61,442 nucleotides of DNA, filler included, from Catajapyx aquilonaris (GCA_000934665.2; 4 parts of 4 records of this genome joined end to end with filler, not necessarily neighbours in it); one strand, 5' to 3'. Positions 11,483 through 25,247 are shown, counted from the whole stretch's first letter. Program-made: numbers and translations. The notes: a model not told the origin generated them from the letters alone.

Positions 11483-11926
11483 CTACATATGCCTTAGGGC
11501 CATAGCAATACAGCTTTGTAGCAAACTGTCTCTGGATGTCATTATATTGCCTCTTTTCAACACGGAACAAGTCCAGTGGTAAGCCTGAATCAACTTGTCC
11601 TTCAGTACCTGAATTCGCCTAGTAGGTCGTTGACGTCCCATTGGATCATAAAGCTCAAATGTAGGGGGTGTTGCCTTAGGCATACAAAGGAAAAGAATCC
11701 AATGATCACTAGTATTATATGGCATAAAAATGTATTCAATGAACTCAAGTTTAATGTTGTCCCAAAGTCTGCTGAACTCCTCCATCCCGTCCTTCACAAG
11801 CACCCGCATCTGACAACCATCGATGAAGCAGGCTTTTTAAAGCAGAGGTTGTGAAAAAATCCATGAATAATATTATTGTATCAATGCACCAGCCTCCATT
11901 AAAATCCCCTCCCATCTTACTCCTTG
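11483..11926 (-). pseudogene. Ulp1/SENP (C48) SUMO-protease-like fragment
   Basis: GWCIDTIILFMDFF (cf. WLxDxIIxFYM), then IEYIFMPYNTSDHWILFLC...ELYDPMG (catalytic His in HW, Asp in YD); Gln/Cys region degenerate; cut at 11927 by a TE insertion. Confidence 0.65.
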
Positions 11927-13108
11927 TAGTCCAGGTGCTAAGGGACAAATTTGACCCAAACTTTGCATTTTGTGACAAAAGTATGAAACTCGGTACACTT
12001 GTCCTTTGGACACTTCTGATCATATCTGGACGTGGAGCCACGATGACCCACCCCGGTGGTGGTCCATTTCGCAGGGTTTCCATAACTACCAGATGCAGCA
12101 TCCTTTTAGGACCTTGTATTAGGTGACAAAAACATGAAACTCGCCACAATTGGTCTTTGGACATTTCTGAACATGTCTGGATGTGGGGCCATGATGACTG
12201 ACCCCGCTGTGGGTCACTTGCAGGGTTGCCAGATCTAACGGACCAAACATACATCTCTGCGAAGATCATGTGAATTGGGAGCTTGCATTCGGTGATAAAA
12301 ACGTGAAACGCGGTACGGTAGTTCTTTGAACACATCTCAACATATCTGAACGTGGGGTCACGGTGGGTGACCCCTGGTGGCCTCGCCAGGGGTCACTATC
12401 GCGGAGTTGCCAAATCGAACATGTGTTGCACACATTTACATGAATAAGGGCCTTGCATTCGGTGATAAAACACTGCTAAAACATGAAACTCGCCATAATT
12501 GGTCTTTGGACACTACTGAACATGTCTGTAAGTGAGGCCACTATGGATGACCCCGCTGGGGTCACTCGCAGGGTTGCCAGATTTAATGGGCTCTCTAAGT
12601 AAACTATGTGAATAGGGAGCTTGCATTCGGTGACGAAGACGTGAAACTCGGTACAATATAGTTTTTTTCACACTTCCGAACATATCTGGACGTGGGGACA
12701 CGATGACCCACCCCGGTGGAGGGCACTATCATGGTGTTGCCAAATCTAACAGACTGTGCAACATGCGTTTATATTTTGATAGGGAGCTTGCATTTGGTAA
12801 CAAAGACGTGAAACTTGGTAGAATTGTTCTTTGGACACGTCCGAACATATCTGGACTTAGAGCCACGATGACCCACCCCGAGGGAGGGCACTATAGCGGC
12901 GTTGCCATATCTGACAGACTGTGCAACATGTGTTTATATTTTGATAGGGAGCTTGCATTCGGTGACAAAGCCATAAAACTTGGTACGTTAGTTCTTTGCA
13001 CACTTCCGAACATATCTGGACGTGGGGCCACGATGACCCACCCCGAGGGAGGGCACTATCGCAGGGTTGCCATATCTAACAGAATGTGCAACATGTGTTT
13101 ATATTTAA
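11927..13108 (+). mobile_element. Left arm of a foldback-type element made of ~150-180-bp tandem subrepeats (about 7 units)
   Basis: Starts TAGTCCAGGTGCTAAGGGACAAA; anchor CATATCTGGACGTGGGGCCACGATGACCCACCCC recurs near 12021, 12172, 12341, 12521, 12681, 12846, 13011; same family as 35535-37134. Confidence 0.85.
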
Positions 13109-15256
13109 ATAACTCGCTTTGCGAGGTGGGGGGGCTCCGCCCCCCCCACACCCCCCCATGGGGCTGCGCCCCAATTGGCGCGCCTTCGGCGCTACGCGTT
13201 CCCGCCCCGGCCTACCCAGCACCGCTAGAGAGCTGGCAACAATAACCTGGAGTATGTCGTCAACGGAGTCAACAATGAAGCATGACAAATACCTCACCTC
13301 CAACAATCAGCCAACCCACCACCCAGCCAATCAATCCAACCAATCAACCAACAACAATGAGTGCGCCCGATTTGCGCGCCTTCGGCCCGAATTGGTCCGG
13401 CGCAAGTGCAGCCGGCCGCCCCACACTTCCCCGTGACGTCACTACTGAGGGTGTGGAGTATAATCTGAATGCGCCCTAGATGACGTATCGTGAAAAGGCA
13501 ACATGACGCAATAACATATGACGTGGTGGCGGCGGTGGGGAGGGGAGGAGGATTCGAGGGTCCCCCGTGGGAGGAAGTGGGAGGAAGTGGGAGGAAGTGG
13601 GTGGTGCAGGTGCAGGCGATGGTGGCTGTCGTCTGTTGGCCCCCTGGGGCAACTATCTGGACCCGTATCATTAAAAAAAGGCTAGGTGGGATTAGCGTGA
13701 GCTGTCAGCGGGTGATGGATGGGGCTATTGTTCTCGGGAAGTTTGCGGATACATTAATTTCGCGATCTCGAAAACGGCTGGGAATTTTGCGATTATGAGG
13801 ATTTTTGTAAACACTAAACCTGGGGCAAGGAATCCAACGGTGCAAGTCCGAGGTTTCTACGACCTCGGGAAGTGCGAAATCTTATCCATCCTCCTATATC
13901 AGTAGTGGGGGGGGGGGCCTCTGTTCTGGACCACTTAAAAACCGCCGCCATTGGCGCCACCGTCTATGCGAGTTTAACATGGGACAGCGCCACTGCGGCC
14001 ATCTCGGAACTAGTAAATATGCGTGGGAGTATTTTTGCAACCGTTCCAGCCAATCACGAGCCTGGCCGAGGAGCTACGCTTTAAATTTCGGCGGCGGCCC
14101 CCGTGGCAGTGGCAGCACCGTCGCCCCCGGGGGGATAAATAAATAAGGCGAGCGCCGGGCCGGGCTCGAACCCGCGGCCACCCGAATAGTATGACGTCGC
14201 TCTAGGATCACGGCTAAACCCGAAGGCTTGGCAGAGATGTGCAGGGAGGCACCCCATATGCAGCGGCCCGCCCGCTTGCGCACTGCACACTGCACACTGC
14301 CCCGCCCCGCCCCCACGTGACACGCTCACTCGCGGGATATAAGTTGGGGAATCATACTAAAGATGGCCCTCCCACGGCCCCCAGGCCCACCCTAGAAATA
14401 ATTGGGGATTGGCGAAATTCCGATCACGTGACGCGGCACAATATGTCCCGCACAGATTTTCTGTGGGCAACTGGGAAAGTCAAGTATACAGGGTGTTTAT
14501 TGTAACTCTGCAAAGACTTTCAGGGGTAATAGAGGGGACCAAGACAAGTATTTTTGACATAGGAACCCGTGTCCGGAAACGCCATCTAGAGGGGGTTCAT
14601 AGACAAGGAACGGGCGCGCTCAGACGTGTCAGGCGAGAGGCGCTAGGCGAGCGGACTGTTTTGTTGATAGATGGCGCTCGGATATAGTAACCAACGATGC
14701 GATGTGCCATAACCTGGCAACAGCAGAGCCATCTAGCAACTTAAGTCCGCCTCCTAGGAGATGCGCGGATAGTCAACAGCGGGCCTTTCGTTGCCAGGTT
14801 ATGGCATATCGCGTTGTTGTTTACTTACAACGACGCGATACGCCATAACCTGGCAACAACTGCGCGCCACCTATCAACAAAACAGTCCGCTCGACTAGCG
14901 CCTATCACGTGACGCGTCTGAGCGCACCCGTTCTTTGTCTATGAACCCCCTCTAGATGGCGTTTCCGGACACGGGTTCCTATGTCAAAAATACTTGTCTT
15001 GGTCCCCTCTATTACCCCTGAAAGTCTTCGCAGAGTTACAATAAACACCCTGTATATAAAGCCCCTAAACGAGGAGGATATAGGAGGAGGAGGATGAAAA
15101 AGATTTCGCACTTCCCGACGTCGGAGAGACCTCGGACTTGCGCCGTTGGATTTCTAGCCGCCGATATACCGATACCAAAAATCCTCATAATCGCCAAATT
15201 CCCAGCCGTTTTCGAGATCGCCAAATTAAATGTAGACGCAAACCCGAGATCGCGAA
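13109..15256. mobile_element. GC-rich composite repeat: terminal hairpin cluster, internal ~170-bp inverted repeats (13740-13900 / 15075-15250), tRNA-like box
   Basis: Hairpins CTCGC-TTT-GCGAG, GGGGGG-CTCCG-CCCCCC, GGGGC-TGC-GCCCC, CGCC-TTC-GGCG; inverted pair GATCTCGAAAACGGCTGGGAATTT / AAATTCCCAGCCGTTTTCGAGATC; runs into the contig end. Confidence 0.55.
14489..15052. mobile_element. Tc1/mariner-type MITE with long TIRs
   Basis: TA-CAGGGTGTTTATTGTAACTCTGC...GCAGAGTTACAATAAACACCCTG-TA; >140 bp near-identical inverted repeats. Confidence 0.9.
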
Positions 15257-15356
15257 NNNNNNNNNNNNNNNNNNNNNNNNNNNNNNNNNNNNNNNNNNNN
15301 TTAATTAATTAANNNNNNNNNNNNNNNNNNNNNNNNNNNNNNNNNNNNNNNNNNNN
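15257..15356. other. Artificial contig spacer (44N-TTAATTAATTAA-44N)
   Basis: Identical 100-nt spacer occurs three times; TTAATTAATTAA gives stops in all six frames. Confidence 0.95.
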
Positions 15357-18300
15357 TTTCTCAAAATGAACCATTAGGGTGGTTCCAACGTTTGTTCCTC
15401 TGGAGCAAGAGGACCTGGGACCCCACCCACGGGCTGCAGCTGAAAGAGGGGGGGTCCAGTTTCCAAGGATTGATGGCCCTGGGGACAACGTAGTCAGAGG
15501 AAACGGCTGTGGCCCGATAACATTGGTTATCGGTATTTGACATGGGACTTTTAATCCTGCGAACTTCCTGCGGAGTATAATGTGGGTCAAAAATTATTGA
15601 ACTGTATACAACCATCGACAACCAATTTTTTTAAACCCCGGGAGCGTGTTGACCTAGGTAAATTAGAGCGGCGCCTGTTTGTTTCCGTTTTTAATGAACA
15701 TATTCCGGGAACTCATCAGATTAGGGAAGGTTCAAAGTGTACATTATGAATGCTATCACCTCCAGGCTTACACTGCTGCAGATGGCCTTCATAAGTCTCT
15801 GTACAGTAGTGTCTATCTGCTAGACATAATGCAACAGTTGGGATATATTTTTTAGATGTTTGGGGTAGAAAAATACTTCACAACTGTAGACTTTCGATCC
15901 CTGGTCCAAGTGTCCTTATCCCATTGTTCAGATGTCACATTTTTCTGTAGGACAGGAGTACACTGAATACGTGTAAGCCAATAAGAAGTCAGTTTTAGAA
16001 AAATAATTTACAGAATGATGAATTCAAAAATATCTGGTACACTTACAGAGTTAGGCTGATGATTATCATGGTAATTACAAGCTTGTTAGAAACTACCTAC
16101 AATACGATTTTGTTTGATATTCAGTAAACAATGCCCCCAGGTTGCAATAAGTTATGTTGAAGTTGCGTTTCCGTCAAACAAAACCTCCTCATGAATAATT
16201 AGAACACACGCAACCCTCGCCTACATACCATACTCTGCAGTCTGCACACAATGGTTTGATTACGCAGAGTGTACCTTCACCCGCATTATATTGTTTCTAA
16301 TGGCAGGTTCTCTCTACCGTAACAACGTCCAATGATCCTTTGTATACACTTTATGAGAAGGAAACAAAGAGAAAAGGCAGCTGGTATAGGGTACGACCAA
16401 GACGAAGTTTCCTGCTTGAATGGAGTGAACGCAACCGCTTCTGCTAATTACACTGAATCACTGTCGAGGATCTGAAACTTCGCGGGATTTATACCTGCGA
16501 ATGGGGCAATGACCATGATTCTTCTTTGATGTAATCCGGACACATACACTCCGCCAATTCACAAAATCCGTCTTGCATCTGCAAAGTCCACTTTCTTTGA
16601 TATACGCCCAATACACCCACCGTACTAAAAGGGGGTTAATCAGCCTATCTTGAAGCAGCCCAGGGATTTGCAAAGTACAAGCCTTTCCCTCGGTATAATA
16701 TGCAGTGTTCTCATAAGGTGCAAGGCAAGCAGGATTTCGCAAATGGCAGGGAGACTCTGGGAAGGGAAAAGACTCAACTTGTGCATGGGGGCGTAATGAG
16801 GATACGACCCCTTACATGGGCAAAGTAGTTTGGAAACGTCCAACTTTGCCTCTGAAAGCGAGCGTTGGGGAGGCTTAACTTGGGCCTGGTTTCTCCAGGT
16901 GGCCTCTGTGAAGCCTTCCTCTTTCATACTATGGGGAGGGGGGAACTATAAGGAGCTTACAACAGTCCACCCAAGGCTATCTCTACCTCCCCTTGTTTCA
17001 CATGTAAATGACAGTCCTCTGCCTCTTTGCATCTTAAGAGGTGCACACATGCTTTTTGTTGGGGAATTTTCTGGTCAGGTTCAACGAACAAAGGGTGTTA
17101 ATGATTTATACGAACTCTTGGGCACATACACAAGATAATTCGCATGGTTTGCAAAAAAATATTCACTGCTTCTGTGTCCTTTTCTCCCATTCAAACAGGA
17201 ATGGCCGCCTCTTTAATATTAATCCACCTACTCCAAGAAGTCTCCTGACATTTCAGTTCCGAAAGTTTGGAAGTAAAAGAAAGATGGCATGAACTCTGGG
17301 GGCTGATACCGAGCAGTATTGCCAAAATAAAAAGAATACGTGAGAGATGCGAGGGATTATTTTAGTTTGTCGCTTGCGAATTATTTATTTCTCATGGGTC
17401 TACAAAAAAAAAAAACCTTGCGGTCTCCGCAGAACTGAACGAGCCCCGTTGTCTCTTGTGTATTGGTAAGATGCTAATAATTTACAACCAGTAACAGTTC
17501 TGCACGCTGGAATTTCTATTATCTGGCCATGTTGTCCGTCATTGCAATTTTTTTGCAAACTATGTGAGAGTATGCATGTTCATTTTTAAAATTGGCTGGA
17601 CGGTTTGGGACAATAGTTTATTGTCCGAACTGTTTATATAATGCAAACAAAACACTCAAAAAAATATTGCACCTATTGTTAAATGGCAGAAAACAATGCT
17701 TTCATTTGTTTCGCATAATTTTACCCGTAATCACCTGTAGGGGGAAAAGGGTCGAACGTTGGCTCCCGGATTGAAAACGTGCCAACGATCATCGCTAATC
17801 CGGCGAAATAGCGGCCAACGTGATGGGAACCAATACTTTGCATTTGCGGGTATGGCGGGGAGGGTTTCAATAAACGACCGATAAATCTTGACAGTACCTG
17901 TCAGTCTAATTGAGTCATGTGCAAAAAGGGCTACGATTGGATTTAATTGCTCACTGCTATTCGAGCCATTGAAAACAACGCCATTAAGCCACCTGATGGA
18001 TTTATAGCACTCACCAGAAGTGACAGTTATGTTTTTATTTCGCGTTAGTTTCCGAGCCAGCAAATCGATGGACCTGGACGTACGGTAAATGCACGGTAGA
18101 TAATGGTTTCTAATTCATCATCATGCAAGTCATATGTTACACGACTGAGAAAGAGTGGTCCCCAGAAAACTTTATTTCAAACCCATCGCGTCGCAACACA
18201 AGGTTCGGTTTTAGAAATTGATAATTCAATGCTCGAAACCACAGCAAGAGGCCGGGGTTTTTGGAGGAAAAAAGGAAGAAGTAATCTACCGGTTCATTGG

Positions 18301-21300
18301 CTGCTGCCTCAGAGGGAAAGCTCTCTGAATCGAGACTAACGAAGCAAACACAATGGTTAGTCACCGGGGAGCCCTTTGACAACGACTCGCAAGCCCCAGA
18401 CCATCATTTCCTTGTCAATCGATTGTTTCCCTAATGAGACGCTTCATGGGTATTTTCTGCTTCGAAGACCCCCCTACGATGTAACTCCTTCAAGAATGGA
18501 GGATCAGTCCAACAATTAGTTCAGACTATTTCGATATGGGGCTCTCTCTCTCTCTCTGCTGAGCAAGGTGGACCCAGGTCCTTTCTAGGGATTATCCTTA
18601 CATTGCAATTAAGCAGGTGTAGCAAATGCTGCTCAGAATGCGATATCGCAACCGCAGCAAGGCAGCGCAGTCACAACTTTCCGGAGGTGTTCTTAAATAG
18701 TTGATCAAGTTTGGCCTCCCGGAAAGGAGCTGAAGAGAAATGCCCTGCCGCTGCTTCCATCAGGAGCTATGAATTAATGAAGACTCGAGCTCCAGGCCAT
18801 AATAGAAAATTAACCTCAATTAAATAATCGATCATTTTTGGTCCTATTTTTCACTAGATCAATGATCGGTATTTTCCCCTCTCTCCCCCCTCAAAAAAAT
18901 GGGTGTGAAGTACACAGTATAGGGTCCAAAAAGCTTTCTACTCGAACTTTGAAATTGCCTCGCGTTGCACGTTTAAGTGCCAGCAAAAGGGGCAATCAAG
19001 CGTGTAATCACGACAGTTACAGTTTCACTTCCGCCTAGGGGCGCATTTCATCGCTAGGTATATACCTTCCCTCAGATCCAAACAGTGTTCTCAAACCTCA
19101 CTACTTTCTGATATGGCATGCGACATTCTGCTTCAAATTGTTCAAACGCGTCCCCCTTTCATATTTTCGCTCAAAAACACGCAGCACTCGTCAAAGAGTG
19201 GCATGCATCAAGTGAATTCCTGTGAGAAACTAGGGGGTCATTTTGTGCTGAAAATCCTGGATTGCTGGCCCGTTATGAATCGTGACTTCACCAGGAAATG
19301 GGCAGAAAATGGTTTTTGGATTTTATTTGTATGGATACAAATGGCGGGCTGTGCAAAGTACCTCATTTTAAACTTAATGATAATTACCTCCCAGCAAACA
19401 GCTCTACATAAATGATGCCCAGGAATGTAACCATATAGGTTAGTCAGTGAAATGTACAAACTGCACCACTCAAAAATTCCAGGCGTCCCACATTCCGGTT
19501 GGCTCGTTTATAAATGGTAGCCATTGGAGCCTAACGTGACAAAAACGGCTCGTTCTACTGTATATTAGTTATTTTCGGTTGAACACCCTTTTTTTCCAGC
19601 CTCTGGACGAGTCAAAGTGTCAGAGTAGCCCACCAGAAACGAATCGGTGCAGTTAGAGGGTGAGGTCACTCCATTCTCTACTCGGACACTACGAAAAAAA
19701 TGGCCAATCTCTCGCCTGACTAGATGACTTGTTCTTTTTCGCTCACGCCTACAAAAACTTACCCACTTTTCTCTCAACCCGCATCAACATCAAACTACTC
19801 TTCCTGATACTTTTTTTCTTCGAGAAGTTAAAAAAATGGGGTGAAAGACTAGGTTTCAGTTTTAGACGAGAGTGTTTTATCATTGAGCCTCCCCCTTTTC
19901 CTCGAAACACTAGGAAGAAAATCGTGCAAAATGTTGAAAGAAGCGACAATTTTTCATGTTGGTTGGGAGGGGGAGAATGGAGTTGAAGCAGAAATGGGGG
20001 CCGCATTTGGCTTTTTCAAACCAAAAGAAAAGGAGTTTGCACTGAGAGGAAAAGGAAGAAGGAGGGGGCGGGGGATGGAGAAATATTGGGTTTCACCACG
20101 CGTGGTTAATTTATTCTCGCGCTCTTTCAAATAGAATTCCACATCAATTTGTTACCGTACGAACGTAGCCGAAAAAATCGTAGGTTTTGACTAATAGTTT
20201 TTTAGTGCAAGCGTATTGTGCAGGAAGATTAACTGGCATGTGTTAATCATCAGGTATACAAAAGAGGAGGTAAAATCCAGGGTGTACTTGCAGTCTCTTT
20301 ACAGTAAAACAGATTTTTTTAGAGCAGTACATTTCCTAATATGAATCAGCTTCACGCTTACATCAGAAGCGGAACTATGTAACCAAAAAGAATTATTTCA
20401 CATGAAATACTGTGCTACCTGACTGCTTTTCACTTCTGCGCCAATTAACAATGTTAATAACAAATAACTCACACATGAACATTGCGCCCCTGATGAGAGC
20501 AATGTACTGTGAATCTTCTGTTTAACAAATAGCCAAACTTTTCATTTGCGCCATAGGAACAAAAAAAAATCCTATTCGCCCCCCTAGGAAACTTAAGACT
20601 AGAGAAGTTAGACATCTCGCCATTTAATTTAATTTCCCGGCGGGAAGAAGAGTTCCTCCTCCCCCCCCTGGGGGGCACTTAATGAACCATTAAATGAAAT
20701 GGAAGTTTGCGAAATTGGAGTCAAATTGTATTTGGAATCCCGGAAGCCGGGCTCGGAACATAAAGCATTTTCTACCCGGAGTCCAGGACTTCACAAGTGG
20801 GGCTCTTTTGCTGCCTAGTCACGCGGCTATTCCCTGCCTTTTACGGGCGCCTCCGATCAAACCACAACCAATCATCCGGAAGATCATCCCAACCCCCTCT
20901 ATCCAACCCACCAACCTAACGCTTTCAAATAGACTTTGGGTCCAATCTATCCCCCCAAGGTCGGCTGGGCAAATTTTACTCCCTGTCTATCCTCGTAAAC
21001 ATAGGACAAATTACGCCTAGACATGCGAGGGTTACGAAATTATTTAAGACATTATCTGGAAATATTGCACATAGCAGAAAATATTTTAAAGCAACTGGTA
21101 ATTTTTCTTTAGAAATATGAGTGTCAAGATGGAGTGTCATAGATTGTCGTAAATATCCGGCACGACACCCTAGGTGATCACTATCTTTAACAGCAGCATT
21201 ATTATGTTGTTTCCTACTAGCATCAGATATTAGCTGAGGATTTATGCTGGGAGCAATGAAGTCTTAACGAGGAGGTCGCACTTGAGGAGCTGATTTACAC

Positions 21301-21335
21301 CCTGCCCTTCATGCAACATTAAGTAAAGGGGGTGG

Positions 21336-21338
<3 letters not shown>

Positions 21339-21367
<29 letters not shown>
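21339..21367. repeat. (GA)n microsatellite
   Basis: Run of about 14 GA units. Confidence 0.9.
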
Positions 21368-21371
<4 letters not shown>

Positions 21372-24300
21372 ACATTCTTTCATTTAGCCATTTCCTTCCT
21401 TTATGAGGCTCGTAAATTCAGTCTTTATCTTCATACGTGGCAGGTAATAATTATGAAATCTGCAAAAACCAGCCACCCGTTTCGCTAATTTAAACGAATG
21501 TCGTCGGAAAAGTTGGATTCTGGATATATGTCTTGCACCTCGTAAGTTTTTCAGGGTTACGCCGTATTTAGAAGACTATTAAACCACGGCATAAAAAAGG
21601 GAAGGAGTAGCAGTAAAACAAAGTTCTGAAAACATTTCTCGGGATTCACATCGCACCTCTTGGGGCTATGCACTAAACTAATCAAAAATAACTCAAGAAT
21701 TAGGGATGATTTTGAAATATGATTAAAAAAATTGTCGTTCAGGCTAGACCTACAGTGTTAGATAATACTGTAGAATCCTTAATAATCAGCCCTAAAGGTG
21801 AGCTCAGATATTTGAATTTGTTTGTGTAAGAACTGTAATATTTTGTAATCATATCCCTACATATTATGTCAGAAAATGAGGAAGGGATGAACTTTCAAGC
21901 ATAGTCTAATTTAATGTAGATATTAAGTAAGCTTTACCCGGTTTGATTTCACCAAACCGCAACTATTAGCACAATATTATCGCAGACATTTTCCCACAAG
22001 AATCGTGAATGTGTCCGCAATAATATTGTTCTTCTGTAACTCGTACGAAATTAGTTATGGATTACGAAATCACATCAACTGCACCGTACAATAATTATAA
22101 CTGGCATATAGGAACCTGTAACTTTAACTAGCTGAATTACGCTCCAGGAGACATTCTCCTGCAAAGTTACGTTCCTCCGGTACATCCTTACGTGCTCAAG
22201 CGTTACAGAACGTCCCTGAGCAACAATTAATTTACCTGCAGGCAACTGTCAGTGTCACATTTAATGAAAGTATAATATCCACGGTTTAAACTACTTGAAT
22301 TCTTTCTTAAACGCATGTAATCATATTAACGCACACTTGCTTAACCTGCTGATGCAGTAATCCAGGTGAATCATTGTCACAAATAGATCTGCATGAGGCA
22401 AAAGGTAGTTAATTGATGGAAGACGCCCCGATGCACTGTATTGACTGTAAAGCGAAGTACTGGTACTCGACTTCCACAAAGAGTTCACCAGATGTCGTTT
22501 CATCCTGTCCCTTATGAAACCCAAGCTCCTCTCTTGTCGTACAGTACAGTCTACATCACAGGCTGAGAGGCCCTGCCATTCCCAAAACCCTCCCAGTATC
22601 GCATAAAATTCCCCGCAAAAAATTCCACCAGTATTGAATTGTACTTCCAGCACACAAAAAACCCTACCGCAGAGGTGTGCGAATCCTCGTAATTTCGCAC
22701 ATTCTGTACCGAGAGGCTACAGGAAGTGATAAATCAGTCAAACAGATGGGTAGCGCTAGGTGGTTGCTTTTCAAACGAATTCACTTGTGCGGCCAGGAGA
22801 AGGTAGAAAAATCGAGCTGGATGGAGGAAAAAAAAATTTGCTGGGGGGGTGGACCATTGAAATTCTAGTGAGAATCGGATTAAAATTCAAGAGGCGGAGT
22901 TAGCGCAGGTTTCTAGCCGTTGCCGCCGCTGAGAGAGAGGAACCACTAAATCACTCGCAGGCCCTTTCCCACCGGCCCATTTTTACGGCTGTTTTACGCA
23001 GCTGACTAACATTAATGCACTTTCTCCCACACCCTTATTGAAGAACGCATTACCCTCTGTACTTCCAATAATACAGGAAATTCGGGTGAACCTATACAAG
23101 CCAACCACAATACAAAAATATGCCCAGGATATGTCTATTCATTATATTTTATTTAAATTTCAATAATTAATTTTATTATGTTTTCATTTATTGCATTTTT
23201 ATCGAATTGTACATTTATAAATTTATTAAATGTATTATTTTTTTATATATAGGTTGACATTATTTGGGAGCAGAATCGATGGGTTTTGGTCCAAGTTCAC
23301 GTTGATTTTTATTCTATTTGCCTGCCCATATATTCCGTTTTTCCTCCCAAAAGGCTTGCAAGGGCTGGAATGGCATTTTTATTCCGGATACGTCCAGCAT
23401 GTTCCGGTGGTCAGATTCAGCACAATTTTGCTTTGCAGTCACCGATGCGGATGCCTCTCAAAAATATTGATCCCGAACCTGCTACAGCATTGTTAAAATG
23501 TGAGGGCGGGCCTCAGCCCACCCACAAATATGGCATGTTGACAAAGTCTCCACGAGCGGACGTGCCGGATTATATTCGTTGTTATTTCAAGGTTAAGTGT
23601 GGGGCAGCCATTTTTTGACTTATTTTAAGACCTGAATGTGTCGATATGAATTCGAGTTTTTTCTTTCATTTTTGTTGGGAGGGACACTAGGAATTTGTAG
23701 ACTACAGTCTTTTTTTTTGGAATAAACCAAACACAAGTTCAGGCTGCTAGGCAAAATGCATGGTGCAGGACAGGAGAAAAGAACAAGACGACAGATGGCT
23801 TATGACTCGAAGGGAAGATTCAGTTAGGATGGGAAAGTGCAGATCAAAAGGAGAGCCTCAGGTTTCAAACTTCCTTCTTCTCCTTTTTTTATTGAAGAGA
23901 CTTGACTGTAAGAAAAGACGTGATCGATCTGAATCCCACTAACGATTGACTAGATCTCCGGCTCTTTTGCATTTTCACTGAGGCGAATATCACCCGGGTG
24001 ACAAATGTCCGGTCACGATTTGCAGATTTGGATCATCAGTCTAGTGGAAAGGGATCCGATCGCATTTGTGTTACAACAGAGATGTGTTTGCTAATCATTG
24101 TTGCTATTCAGCGTGCGTGCTCGAATATTCCGAAGGGTTCGGTTATAGGGAGTTGTGGTGCGGTGTTGTTTGGGTGGCGTTATAATGAAACTAGTCTACT
24201 AAGGGATTAGGGTGGAGGTAATGGGAATCCGATGTTTGCTTCCTAGCAACCCCACGAACGGAGCTCATCTCACGTTTCGCAATTTCTATGAAAGCCCTGG

Positions 24301-25247
24301 ATAGGATTAGTTATTTTCTAGCCGATTGCAAGACCTTTCCCTCCCGAGTTTAAATGATTACAGGGTGTGATCCCTCAGTCAGCAGAGCTTTGTGTTACGC
24401 CTTTTCCGACGATGTTTGACGTGAGGATTCCAACAGATAGCAGTCTTATGTGAACAGAGTTTGATTACTTAAACTTTTGCATGTCCTGTAATACTGGCGA
24501 ATTAACCCAAAATATTGGATTTGTCTGGATATAATTGCAGGTTCAAATGAGAGTAATCATCGGGTCGGTGACCAGTGATCGGTTGTACTGTACCAGGCAA
24601 TATCTGAAGCAAGACAGCTGTGACAGATAATGGTGCGTGTATTGATTGAGCGCCAATGAAAATCCCCGTTAATACCAGGCAGAGCTAGGGAGTAATGAGT
24701 TGGATCTACATTGAGAGATAGTAGTGTCGACGTCATTACTCGTCAGTATGAGTTGCATTATTTAGCGTTTATTCATTCAAGCATATAAATATCTCTGGAG
24801 CGAAGCGTGTATCAAAAGAGAGCTTATAAATAAGCAGATGGTCTTGTTCGAGATTATTAAGGATCTTCTCTGCGAATAGTATTTCACCTGGACTTATGAC
24901 TAATACTGTAGGAGATTTATGACACACCTCCTTTGAAAGAAACGGGGATGTCATCACAAAATTAATTTTGCGCTGAGAGCTCCACGGCGTTCTGCATATT
25001 CTGTACAATATTAATTTGAATCGCTTTTCTATTCAACAGAAAGTTCGCAATTTTGTCACTTTATAATCCTGCTGCACTAGTAATAAAATATCAAGTCATC
25101 AAGAAGCGTAAGTATTCTTATGTTTAATTATTGATGCCGAAAAATGGCGCTGCTCCAAAACAAAAGGAAAAGTTACAAATTGAGAAGGAAGTCTAGAAAT
25201 TTTCATTAACTTTTTGTAGTACGTCTGTATACAAAATGATTGGTATA

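Noticed and set aside
11927..13108. CRISPR-like array, or coding ORFs (11751-12335, 12703-13245) in the repeat
   Set aside because: Units are ~160-bp tandem repeats similar along their whole length with no unique spacers; no cas genes; ORFs are repeat translations
9405..13108. Galileo-like element with the tandem-repeat arm as TIR of the P transposase
   Set aside because: The arm's outer terminus is at 11927 and the element extends rightwards, so the transposase lies outside it
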